Assembly (NCBI GenBank): GCA_030704615.1
Contig: CM060733.1
Location: 32,984,001 to 33,048,000, forward strand
Direction: 5' to 3'
Length of the DNA: 64,000 bases
Source of the DNA: Takakia lepidozioides
Lineage: Eukaryota > Plantae > Bryophyta
Part shown: piece after piece, positions 13,041 through 24,900 of the stretch
Position numbering within the stretch: the stretch's first letter is position 1
How the letters are laid out: the number at the start of each line of letters is the position of its first letter
Translations under genes and position numbers: made by a program
Notes under the pieces: model-generated
Databases searched by the model: none
The model's input: the letters and a program-made list of their open reading frames with translations, nothing else
What the model was told of the DNA's origin: nothing

Positions 13041-13618
13041 AATCTTTTGCAAGGATGTCGTGCCGCCGCAATCCTGCTAACTGCCCTTATTATGGCCGCG
13101 ATCAGGAGACATCATTGTGTGGCTCTTTGTTTTCATGACGCTTCTGGGTCAAGCGGGAGTCATTGCGCGCAATGGAGTATTTGGAGGGCTATTACCGCTT
13201 TGAGCGAGGTGAGGGCGAGGGTCAATGCGGTCCGTGGGTGCTGCAAATTGTTGACCTCAATATACCAAGCTGGAATGGGATGCCGGACAGATCACGCACG
13301 GCCTCGCTTTGGCGCTGGAACTGCTGCCAGTGGACTAGGGAGGACGGCACCTGGGCAAACTATATTCGTGGAGTTCAGTCCGCTCTTCCAGTGTATGGAG
13401 ACATTCGGCTGAGTTGCGAAGACGAATCGCACGGGCACATGAGGCCCACAGTGACCTTGTCAATGTATGATGGTGGTATCATTGATGGGCATGACATTGT
13501 CATCAGCTCCACCAAGGGCACCAGAACGACCGCAATGCAGTTTACCTGGAGGTGTCGCGTCAGTAATGAGCTTGTTTTGAGGGCTATCGAAGTGCTTGCC
13601 AAAATGCCTATCGCATAA
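13041..13618 (+). pseudogene. Inverted, 5'-truncated paralog of the same family, copy B
   Basis: SFARMSCRRNPANCPY..GDIIVW..EYLEGYYRFE..WRWNCCQWT..GVQSALPVYGDIRL..LSMYDGGIIDGHDIVI..MQFTWR..ELVLRAIEV aligns with copy A (SFARMSCLRNHDDCPY..GDIVIW..EYIPGYYAFE..LRWNCCQWT..GVHSSSPLYGDIRI..LSIFDGGMIEGHDIVV..IQFIWR..ELVFRAVEV). Confidence 0.7.
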
Positions 13619-15048
13619 TTTGTCGTGACTAACCCTCCCTTGCAACAAAAAGAAATTAGGTTTGGTGATAATTCAATCAACTATGTCGTTGACAACTAAT
13701 GACAATACATAGTTATACTGCATCAACACTATCAAAAAATCAAATGCATTATAGATTATTAACTATCGCCAGCGATAACTTATAAGCCTCCAATGGAGGT
13801 AGATTAAGTTGCAAGAAAGTGCTTGAGCATTTAGAGGTCGATGTCAAATTTGACATATTCTGGTTTTCGTTATGCCTCCAAAACCATTGTACATTGATAA
13901 CATCATCAAACAATCTGAAGCATGTTATTACACTCTATAAAATATAAAGGTAAATTTAGAAAGTTCAAGTGCAGCCAACCTTGTATAAATGTTACATGTT
14001 TTTTTGTTATATCATCATCAATGTTATGACTTTCGTACTCTGTAAAAATATAGACTATGAATGACAAAAAGAGTGTTATTTGTTATTTGTTATTGAATTC
14101 CTACCCTCCTCCGTGTTAAAGTACCTCTCTAATTTTTACATTCAATATACACCTCTAAACTAGTTGGATCAAATAAGGAGTAATATATTCTGGCCACTAA
14201 CAAATCATCTCCATGAATAAGAGCCATCATTTGTATCTTGCACAAGAGGCTTACGATACTGATGTTGCTCTTTCAGAATGTTTATCCATGGAGAAAGAGT
14301 TGCATCTTTGCTAAGAAGATGGATTGTCGGCAAACAGACATACCGTCATATTTTCTAACATCTCATTAAATGTTATCTGCGTCTGATTGACCTCATTTCA
14401 TGTTATATATATAGAGAGAGAGGGGATAGTACTAAGTAGCACTCGAATTTTATATTTCTAATTGTTATGTTCTAGGATTTCAGCCTGTTTTACTGTTATT
14501 TGATATAACTGCCTAAATGTTATACATTCTATATTCTTGGAGCATAACAATTATCCAGGTTTGACTGTAATATATTTGTTTGATATTCATTGTTTTATTT
14601 AAACTTTGGCAGGGTTATTGCATATCTCAAGGGAATATCCTCTCCCACTTTCAGTGTAGCGAAACCCAATGGATTGAATTCTAGTTAATCTCTTATAAAT
14701 GTAACAACCGTTCCAACACTAAATCCTATTACTATTGACCGTATTTCTATCGGAGATGGTTTATCCATTTACGAAGGTCACAAAAAATAACTACGGATGA
14801 TTATCGTCTATCGTTGATATATTTTGTACAGTAAGAGATTGGTGGATTCTACAATAATGTGGACATCAATGATGCCTCCTCCAAATGCATATTTTAGGTC
14901 ATAGTTTTCACATCATATCCTTTTTATTCACGATGTCCTATACAATAACTCAATTACATGTGTTTGATGTATCAAATGTGTATGTACTTACTCTATTCTG
15001 TATATGACCTTAACATTTTGTGTTTTTCCAAATATATTTGGAATAATG

Positions 15049-15420
15049 ATATATATATATATATATATATAAGGACACCCGGAGCGACTACTCACAATTT
15101 AGGCCCTTGTGACAGGGAAAATTTAACGGGGATGTTCCCCCGCAGTTGGCCTTCACGGCCTCCCTCAGTGGTTATTTTTTCCACTGCTTTTAAACAATTG
15201 TTTCATCTAATTTGATTAAAAGGGCCTCCGTCCCCTTAAAAATAAAAACAAAAACAAAAACAAAAAAAACCTCTATAAGCCATTGGGCACACAACAAGGA
15301 AACATCATACCAACCCCCCACATCAACCGGTCAGTAAACAAACCATACACGGAGGACATACTGGTAGCAAGATTTGAACCCCGAACCACAAATATTTGCA
15401 ACAAATATTCTTCACATCAT
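15049..15420 (-). mobile_element. Degenerate tRNA-derived SINE with (TA)n tail, probably interrupted
   Basis: B-box-like GGGGTTCAAATCTTGCTAC (reverse complement of 15364-15382). The body cacccggagcgactactcacaatttaggccc resembles 49817-49848. (TA)n run at 15049-15071. Confidence 0.5.
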
Positions 15421-18298
15421 CGGAAATGGATGGATAGATGGATGGAGAAACTTTTCATCCGTCAGGGTTGTTTTAAGGACAGGAAAAAGTAAAAAGCAGT
15501 GAACGGTAGGTGTACACGCGGGCAGCTTGGTTAGGGCGCAGTTAGTGATCCGAGAGTAGTGACTAGAGCGCGTTGCGACCACTCGCAGCTCAGTTAGCGA
15601 TGTTTAATGGAATCTTGTCCCACACGGCGCATTTGCGGGCTGCCACATGCGCATCTGTGTTGCGGGTGTGTCGACGTGGCCCCTTTATATTACCACCGAT
15701 TTTTTAGGACCTGCGTGGAGTCATTTGTCCCATAACATTTGGCCCGGGGCCTGCGGAAAAATGTGTATGTATATCCACACTGTGCGGCTACCGCGCAGAT
15801 ACTCCGTGAAATATGAACGTTTGCGTACGCCTCCACGCAAGTGTGGATGAAAAGAGATTGTGAAGCTGAAGACGTGATTTCATCCACCTTGGATCTTGTG
15901 TCCATTTTGTCTTTTCTAATTGGTGATGTCATATGTTAGAAAGCAATAAAAGCTGCATCCCAGATAATCTAATATTCAAAGAAATATATATATCTAAATT
16001 TTGAGACACAAGAGCCGCACTACAGTGTATGTTACATAGTCCATCCGACTATCAAGCGAGTAGCGGTTGTTAAATGGAGGGAATATGGGGGAAAAGGCAT
16101 CAACCGTAGCTTCTAATTTCCGTGCATCAATCAATAGTAGTTCCAATGAATGAAACAATGAGCCACCCGAGCCGCTAACACCGTCGCAAAAATTGGTTCA
16201 TTGTACATGACATACATATGCAATTCGAAAACTCCACCCCTAACTACTAATACTTCCTCCTACCAAACTATTGTAGTTGTAGTCTTTGAGTTTTATTGGT
16301 TATGGGCGGATGTCGCCTGTTCTGATTTGCTTTGATTGAAACTTGGGTTTACATATTTGCCTTCACAAGCTGTCGCCGCAGGGCTAATGCTTTTTCAATG
16401 CACTCAAGGGCTCGTCTCCTTTTTCAAAAAAACAAATGATCCCCACTAAGAAAGTATTTGGGCTGAGTTGTCCCTTAGAAATAAAAAATAAAATAAATTA
16501 TACATATAATTTCTTAAAAACAAATTGGGGCAGTAAAAGGAGAGTAGAGCAATAGTGACAAAATGACAAAGAGAGCTGCGGCTTATCTAAGCAGCCATGC
16601 TTTGTGGGCCCTTCCTTCAATAATTTGGGTCCTGTAGTAATGGCTATATGGGACCCAACAGATTATAGCAAGCATTCATCAAACAATAAAGCTAAATGCT
16701 TTATGCATGACATCCATTCATCCATCCATTGTCGGTGCATCAGTCCGATCAATTTCAATCATCCCTCAGATGCAAATGATTGACATGAGCTTAGTTCCTA
16801 AAATATTCATTGCATTTTCCACATTTTTCTGAAGGAGGCCCCCAATTGCAGGATGCATAAAAATAGAAGGGTGTTGAGCCAATGAGCCCTGGCAGATCAG
16901 ACGTGTGAGGGTCATTCCAATTCAACGGGAATCTATCCACCCTTTGACCGTGTCTAGACTGACAGCAGCAAGTGCTTGGAAGCTCTGCACAGGGGCGAAC
17001 TTGGTCGTCTGCCATCATCTCCATGTTGTTCTTCTGTGGGCCCGCCATCTCTGCATGTTGTCTTACTTCGTTATTTGATAGATTCCTTGATTGGAGCTGG
17101 ATTGAATGTCAGATCAGGGTGCCCAATGTGACATTGTACTCGTCACTAGGGTAGGCTACACTACCCATTTAGTTGAGACCTGGACGCAGATCACATTCTC
17201 CAAGCATGGATGCTAATTGCCCAGCCCATCGATAGTGTGGATGCCAGCCCCATTGCACTTAATGAGACGACGGGCTGCTGATCTTTCTTTGGTCCAGGTA
17301 GCTCTAGATGAAGCGTAAGTGATCAGGCGTACCTAGTCTATTACAGATCTCCCCCCTACCCCGTCACTGATTGAGTCTCGATGTTGTATATGTGGATTTG
17401 AGGGTGGGAGGTAAGTCAGCGAGTACCTCTGTCACGCATCCTAGATTCCCAATGACCGAACTCGCCCAGGTGGAAAACAGGAAAGAGAGAGGGGACTTGT
17501 TGGTATCCCAGGTACCGCATTTGAGCTGCAAGCCCATAACTGTCGTACTTTCTTTGTCGTCAGTGCTTACAAGTCCTACCCTTTTATTAGATCACTTTTG
17601 TTGTCCACCTTTGCGGAAGCCTGCACTGCAACCATTGGCTCAACTGCGGACTTTGGCAAGGTGATGGATAGTAGGTGCCCACGAGTCTCTCTCCCCGCTA
17701 CAAGGATTCGGCCACAAACCTCGCCCACATGTTATCAGAGGGTTTAGCCAACTCTCACATACCTCACTTTTAGAGGACCTCCTCCGCTGGCTGGTTTGCT
17801 AGTAGCCTAGTCACACGAGTTCCGCTCCCAAAATGGGAAGATATACACCAGTACTCCCTCCATGGACACTGTGAGGAGATACTTAATTCATCCAATCGGT
17901 ACCCACAATGTGAATGAATTTCAAGTACTCCTTTTGCCTTTCCAAGTTCTTCTACCCGTTCGTATTAACTCTTGGCGATTCTTTTGTGCTTTTCAGGAAT
18001 CTTTTCATATCTCTAAAACACAGTGTGGAGTACCTTTTGTTGGACTGCATACGCAGGCCCAAGTCTCTTCGCATGGGTTGCCATCCTTTCGTGTGTCTTT
18101 ACAAATCTGATCTTGCACTAGCGATCCGTGTGAGTTGACAGATTCGAGGAGTCCTCCCTCTCCAGATCCATACACTTCTTCACCGTCCTCTTCAAAGGCC
18201 TTTGGATTGTTGCTTCCTCCCTCTCCTCTCCTCTCTCTCTCTCTCTCTAGTATAGATATTTCTTTTCTTCTTTGGAGTCTTGTTGTTGGGTTGTGAGC

Positions 18299-19084
18299 AT
18301 GGCTGCGATTGTGGGGGAGACCTCACATGCAGCTGAGAACAATGCCAACAACAACAACGACACAAACAATGTGAATAACTTGGAGAATATGGACAAGCTG
18401 AAGACCAAGACCAACAGTTTGAGTAACTTGAACAAGAACATAAACCCCTCGGACGTGAAGAAGAAAAGAAAGAATAGCAAGACATACGCACATCTTATCC
18501 ACGACACCATAATTAGTCTAAAAGCTCGAAAGGGCTGCAGTGCAAGTGCGATTAGGAAAACCATTGAGAAGACTTACGCCTCCAGTTTGGGACCGAACTA
18601 CAAAAAAGTTGTTGGCTCCACTTTGAAGAAACTCGCGGCCGAAGGTAAGCTCATCAGAAATGGCCACAGCTTTCGTCTCGCTCCCAGTTTCAAAAAATCG
18701 TTCGCTCCCCCGACTACGAGTTTGCGTAGGCATCATCGTAGACATCGTAGACAAGGCCGACGGCGACGAAGACGCCGTAGGCGTGTCGGTCGAAAGAAGC
18801 GGCGGAGGAGGAGGAGGAGGAGGAGGAAGAGGTCAAGTCGAAGACATAAGAAAGGAAGGAGGAGGAGGAGAAGGAAAAGGAGGAGGAGGAGGAGTAGACG
18901 GAGACGTCGTAGTCGAAAAGGTCGAAGAAGGAAATGGATCAGAGATGGAATGCCACGACGTCGGCCGAGGAGAAGATCGAATGCCGAGGAAGCAGACGAC
19001 ACGAGTTTCAGCTTGAGTCGATCGGCGTCAGCTTCCCAACGCTCGGGTCGGGCTGGCAGACGCTCTGGAGCTACCTCCCAGTAA
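18299..19084 (+). CDS. PRM: Histone H1-derived protamine-like sperm nuclear basic protein (H15 winged-helix domain plus Arg-rich tail), intronless, 261 aa from the ATG at 18299
   Basis: Linker-histone globular domain KTYAHLIHDTIISLKARKGCSASAIRKTIEKTY..KKVVGSTLKKLAAEGKLIRNGHSFRL, followed by ~85 aa of poly-Arg clusters (RRHHRRHRRQGRRRRRRRRR...). A CT-rich leader lies at 18214-18248. The architecture resembles liverwort MpPRM. Confidence 0.9.
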   Translation: MAAIVGETSHAAENNANNNNDTNNVNNLENMDKLKTKTNSLSNLNKNINPSDVKKKRKNSKTYAHLIHDTIISLKARKGCSASAIRKTIEKTYASSLGPNYKKVVGSTLKKLAAEGKLIRNGHSFRLAPSFKKSFAPPTTSLRRHHRRHRRQGRRRRRRRRRVGRKKRRRRRRRRRKRSSRRHKKGRRRRRRKRRRRRSRRRRRSRKGRRRKWIRDGMPRRRPRRRSNAEEADDTSFSLSRSASASQRSGRAGRRSGATSQ

Positions 19085-21985
19085 AAAGCCCCTTACTCAA
19101 ATCTGATGGCTGTTGATGTGTGTTTTGATCATGCATGCCACCCAAAGATCTAGTTTTGCACATTACTGTTGACACAAATTCTGTGTCAACCTTTGTCTCA
19201 TCGCCCACACCAGGCTCTCTCATCTCTCTCTCTCATTCTTGAGGTGATATGGAATGTCAAGTAGACACAGAAGAAAACCAAGTGCAGTTGGCATTCTCTC
19301 TCCCTCTCGCACAGAATCAAACAGTATAGTTCGATGAGTAATCTTGTTCTACCTCATCTGAATCTTGATGAATCCTGTTTGTCACTCAGGGTTCTCCCTG
19401 CCAACGAGGAAGCCAACGTGCCGCAGGCTTGCTGTGAGATCCCAGAGGCGCAAACCATGGGTGACCCTGGGAGCCCACCAGCAATGCCTGAGCCAACTCC
19501 TGAGTGGATGCCATACGTACAGTAACAACAGTTTTCCAAGCTCTTGATTGTTAAACGAATACATATATACACTTTGTGAACATAGAAGCATGAAATGCAG
19601 TATAGCAGGTATGATGATGCAACTCTGTTCAGCTTCTACATTCTCACACTTCTGCAAATTATACATGTACCCTTCTCAGAACTACCTCAGCTGGGAGTCG
19701 ATGGTGACAAGGCTCCGATCTAACCCCAGGATGAAAGGATCAAATACCCGGCAACCAAGTATCAGACACTGTTTGATGTACCCAATGGGCTGTTTTCAAT
19801 TAAAAAACAACTATTTCTACAGATGTTTTCTGCAAATTGCCTGTTGAATCTCATCTCTCAACTCCATAATTTGATCAATGCAATGCACACTCTAGTGAAT
19901 CCAGGGTACTCTCTACTAAACCTACAGATTTAGCAGTCCAACTCGCAATAGTAGCAGAAAGTATAGCAACTAAAGGAAGCCAACAGAGCTTGTGGAACAA
20001 GAATCCATAATGCGTTCAAAGAAAGTACTTAACAACCAGGACATGAGTCTGCAGGAGGGGAGTCTAACCATTTAATCTGTGTGTACTTTGCTTGTCCTCC
20101 CTCCTCCCTGTGGACAATGAAAGGGACCAAGACAAGAAACAAAACTTTCCACACCCTCAAATTCTTTATAAGGCATTGTTCCATGAGAATAGCCAAATTA
20201 CAAATTTGCTGAGCAAATTCATAAAGACAAAGCAACTTACACATAGGTGCAAACACAAAATGTCGCTGGACGTGAGTCACAGGGAACATGACGCGACTAT
20301 CAAGGCCCTTGCAAAGGGCTCGCAATACTCCACTTATTATCTGCACATATCTGGCTTAGCTGCCACCGTAACTATTGCTAGAAACAGATAAACTATGCCG
20401 GGTATTGCTAGCCAGTAGTGAGCCCACACTCCTGTCCCACCAACAGAGAGTTCATCAAGAGTAGGCTGCCTTCCGCAACAGTGGCCTCTGGAGTCTAAAA
20501 TGGAGCAAAAGGTCATCTACTCTAGACTCCCTCAAGCAAAAGCTGCCTCTCAAGTCTGCCCAAAAGTCTGTCATCATTTATCTTGCTCCTGATCATTGCT
20601 TCCACTACAGTCCAAATCACCCAACCACCCATCAGACATATTTAGTGGCACACTTCTCAAATCTGAAGAAAAACCAAGAATGAGGGGGAATGTGGCAGCG
20701 AAGAGCACAGATGAAAAGAAGCCGGGCAAGCTGCACTTGTCTTGGTCATACGAACATGGCCTTTTCACCAGCGCGCCGAGATCCCAACAGCCAGTCCCTT
20801 CCTCCACAATTTGTTCCAAGGCCGCCTACACTGGCCTCCCAAATACCACCATGGCATGATCTCTCTATGATAATATCCAGGTCAAGCTATGTCAGGCTAC
20901 ACGCCCGCTTCAGCAATTGACCTGCCATCCACAAGTCCATATCCATAGCAGAAAGAGGGAGGGCTCAGGTGGTGCCACACTTCGGATAGCATTGAAAGAG
21001 CTTTGAGCCCACATCTGCCATACTTTCCTTAAGAGTACTTTGTTTACTTTTAAATTCCTGACGTGCCAACAGCACAGTGGCTTGTATGGAGCTAGTACTT
21101 CTTTAGCTTTCCCGCGAGTCCATATTTTGTTGTTTCAATGGGAGCCCTCCCTGCACTCTTCAACCCTTGGTTGAGATCTGCGCAACTGCTGACTTCTGCA
21201 AACTGAAAACAGGCCAGTGGTTCGTAGATGCACATGTTGTATTCCAAACCAATTACAGTTGCTGCCTTTCCTTTCCACAAGAAAGGATTTTGCCTGGTGA
21301 CATGCAGTACTGCTTACTCATCACAGTTACCGTCCAAATGCCGTCCACATTAGTGTGATCTCCATCTTGTCCTGCATCCCATGAATGCCTGCAGTCAATA
21401 GATAGGAGAAAGCAGGCAAGGATTCTTAGTGAGCAAATATTCCACATGTGTGCAAGATCTGTTTTTGTTAAGTCTTAGCATGGTAGATGAAAATGCAGGG
21501 CTTCCACATGACTTGCAGCCATTCAATTGTTTCACTCACTCACCCAAAGACATGTGGCCGCCCTGTCACCTGATCTCTCGCCCCAACCTCCAGACTTCAT
21601 CTGAAGGATGCCCACCTTCTGCAAGGACCTGACAGCCCTTGTGCGAAGAAACAGGTTGAGCATAGCTCTGGGAGTTGCAAGAACCCATGACAAGTGCAGC
21701 AGATGGCACATGCCTAGAACAGAAGGCACACAACCCATACACCTTCCTTACCACCGTCTCCAATACTAATGCATTCCGTCATGTGACTGCCCGTTGTGTG
21801 ATTGCATTCGACTAAAAGGATTTATTGAGTAAAAGGATTTATTGTTACCCCATACAGGTAGAATAATCACTTTGAGTAGAAATTTGGTAAAGGATAAACC
21901 AATATTCAAAGTCAGATGGCCAACTCTTCTCATACTAATTACTTGTAGGGTGAGACGGATCTGCTTACCAGCTGTTTACAACATA

Positions 21986-24900
21986 TTATGGGCCCGTCAC
22001 TGACTTCTGAACAGCAACCCACACTTGCTTCTGTAACAACACCAACAACTGCAGCTCAGTACTTCCACAAAATGCAGCCAGAAACTGATACAAGTTACAA
22101 GCTTGCAAACTCATCTCTTTTGAAGAGTTACCAAGTGCTAAGGATTCATAAACTAGAAATCACTCAAACTCAGCTTCCCCTCAGCCACTTGTAGCTTAAA
22201 AGATGCTTTTACATACTTCATTGCTTCCAAGTGCTAGAGGACCTCCGCCTCTTTTGGCTGGTTTGCTAGCAAGGTCGATCACAGTGCCACCACCCTCACT
22301 ATCTTTGAGGCCTTGCTGACCATTTCGGTCACGTCGGGAACCTGGCTTGTAACTGCCACCTGCTTTTCAAGCAAGACAGTTGTTCAACATCTGACTCAAT
22401 TCATACAAATGCATTTACTCAATATATAAGTCAGATTTAATAGCACTTCTCTCCACGTCCTGACCAGCCATTTCTTACAGTAAAACATGATACTGCTGCA
22501 GGCATCTGAGAAATCAGACTATCCAAGCTGAACACTGGTACTTCTCATGCCTGGAACTGTTTCTGTGCACCCCTAATGAGCTTCCTAGCACAGAATTTCT
22601 AACTCCACAAATAGGTAGACCCAGAAACAAGTTACCTGGAACCTCATTCCAAAAGGACGATGCCTCTTGTTTCTTTCTGTCCTTCTCTACCGCTGAAGGG
22701 GTCACCTGCCGTTGGACTTCCCCATTCTCACTGGTTAGTCTCTCACCTTGGACTTTGACATCATTAATCACCCCATCCTTTTTGATGTCCCCATGATGCA
22801 CCACCTGCCGCTCCGGGACTGAAAGAACCCCCAAGGTTGAGCCCCTTACTCCACGAGAGGATCTGCTCCCTGCTTCACCAGATCGAGCTCTTCCAGCTGT
22901 AGTGCTGCTGAGCCCAGCTCCACTCCCAGTTCCTGCATAGTTAAGAGAGGTAGCTCAAATTCACTTGTACTTCTCCACATCTCCACATCTCTTCCCTCAG
23001 CTCAAGAAAACTGTGACTATCCTTGAGTCTGAAGTCTGAACCATACGGCCGTTATTGCCCCAAATGCATGTTATGGTGAGGCTTGTGGCTTTTTGAGATA
23101 ACAAATTCGAATTATAGAATATCACCATCTATTGACCAACTAAAGAAAACACCCATGCTGACCTGACCCGTGAGGAGACTCTGCACCCTGACTATCAGAT
23201 CCTGATCTCCCTCCATGTCTCTGATGGCTTCCCCTGTCCCCTTTGTCGGTCTTTGAAGCCACCTCCACTTCTGGCTGCAAGCTTGTTGGTGGCACAAGTT
23301 CGGACGATGTCACAGGCGCTGTTGTGGGCACCATGGCAATAGAAGATGGCACTACATCTGATCCTACAACACTGTCAGAGCGACGTCGTGGGGTCCAAAC
23401 AGGACGGTCGGGCCTGTCCTTGTTCCTCACACGCCTGGAGTCCTGGCGGTCTGATAGAGACCCAGTCGGAAATCCATCACTAGCAGACAAAGTGCTAGAC
23501 TTCTCCTCCGCATGAACTGGTGCACCACTCACATTGCTCTGTAAGAGCCCAGAATCAGCTTCTGACAGGGAGGGTGCCGGCAACAAGAGTGACAAAGGCT
23601 GGTCTTTGCTGGCCAAGCGAATAGACTGTGGCCGTGGGGGTCGCCTTCCTCCCCTTTCTGACTGGATCAGTGATTGCTGTGTTTGCATTGGTAGTTCCAC
23701 TTTGGCAGAGGCTGGTGCTGTGAGCTGCTGAGAGGCAGGTTGGGAATGGTGGTCCTTTGGTGAAGACCCACCCCGGGGTGATGGCCTTCCTCCAGACTCT
23801 CGGCGATGGTTCTGCTTGCCAGTGGAAGTGATCGACTCTGTTTCCCCTGGTGATGTGGCACGATATGACACCACTACCTGTTGTGGCTGCACAGTACCAG
23901 ATGTTACCTTTGAAGATGCTGGGGACCGGTGACGCTGGTTAGATCCCCCCACACTGCTGACGCTGCTATTTGACACAGGGGAAATTAGTTGTCCAACTTC
24001 CTGAACAAAAGACACAAGATGCAGAAAATTCTTTAGAAGTGAGACAACTAGTAAAAAATAAAGTATGACACCTCTCGGAAGAGTAAATTGTGGTGTCTCT
24101 TGACCCCAAAGGGCTACTGCCTTCCGGTGGGAAGGTGGACACCTTTGTGACACCATTCGGTGGATTGAACCCATAACACTTCCGAGGTGGTATGTGCCCA
24201 TTACCACTGGGCTACAACTTGGTTGTCGACAACTAGTAACTTCAATACAAAGCCAATGGAAAACCGCAAAATTCAAGAATGTCCAAATATGTGAAGAATA
24301 AATGTGAAAGATGAGGACATTAGAACCCCTACCCACAATCACTCATCCAACAGTGTCTATATATCAATGTGAGAGCCTAGTGAACTATGAACTCACATTA
24401 AGAGGTAGCCAAAGATTAAACAGTGTCTACTTCAAAGGTAATAACACACAGACAACAAGAAGGTAAAATCGAGAGTAAACTCTCGGGGCCATTATCTAAT
24501 AATATTTGCACACATCATTTACAAATCAGCAGTCATCAAAATGTCAATTATTTCACTTACAGCAAAAGATTCCTTATTTTTGTCCTTGGCAATTGACACT
24601 TGTTTCCGTCTAGACTCCCGCTTGCTTGCCTCCCTTGCATCTCCAATGCTGACAGTGTCCCCTGAACCTGCTGCAGCAGAAGGACCCTTACCAGATAGCA
24701 GCACCCTGGACCCAGACTGCTCTGTATCTGCTGTGACAATTTGCAGAGTTCCCCCTTCCGAGCCTGCAACAATGTAGTTGATCTACGAGAATAAAACACT
24801 TTGCAATAAAATGTCCCAAGGAAAATGCCAGTCACAGATGATAATGGTTCCCTGCTATCACAAAAAGTAAAATTATGTGTGACCAGGGCCTGCTTATAAG

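Noticed and set aside
13700-14950. AT-rich stretch as a decayed gene
   Set aside because: No translation with recognisable motifs in the frames I read.
18660-19016. Gly-rich (+) and Leu-rich (-) ORFs overlapping the protamine-like gene
   Set aside because: Shadow frames of the (AGG)n Arg tract.
23140-24342. 400-aa ORF as a standalone gene
   Set aside because: It is UPF3 exon 9 (24000-23163) plus read-through into the flanking introns.
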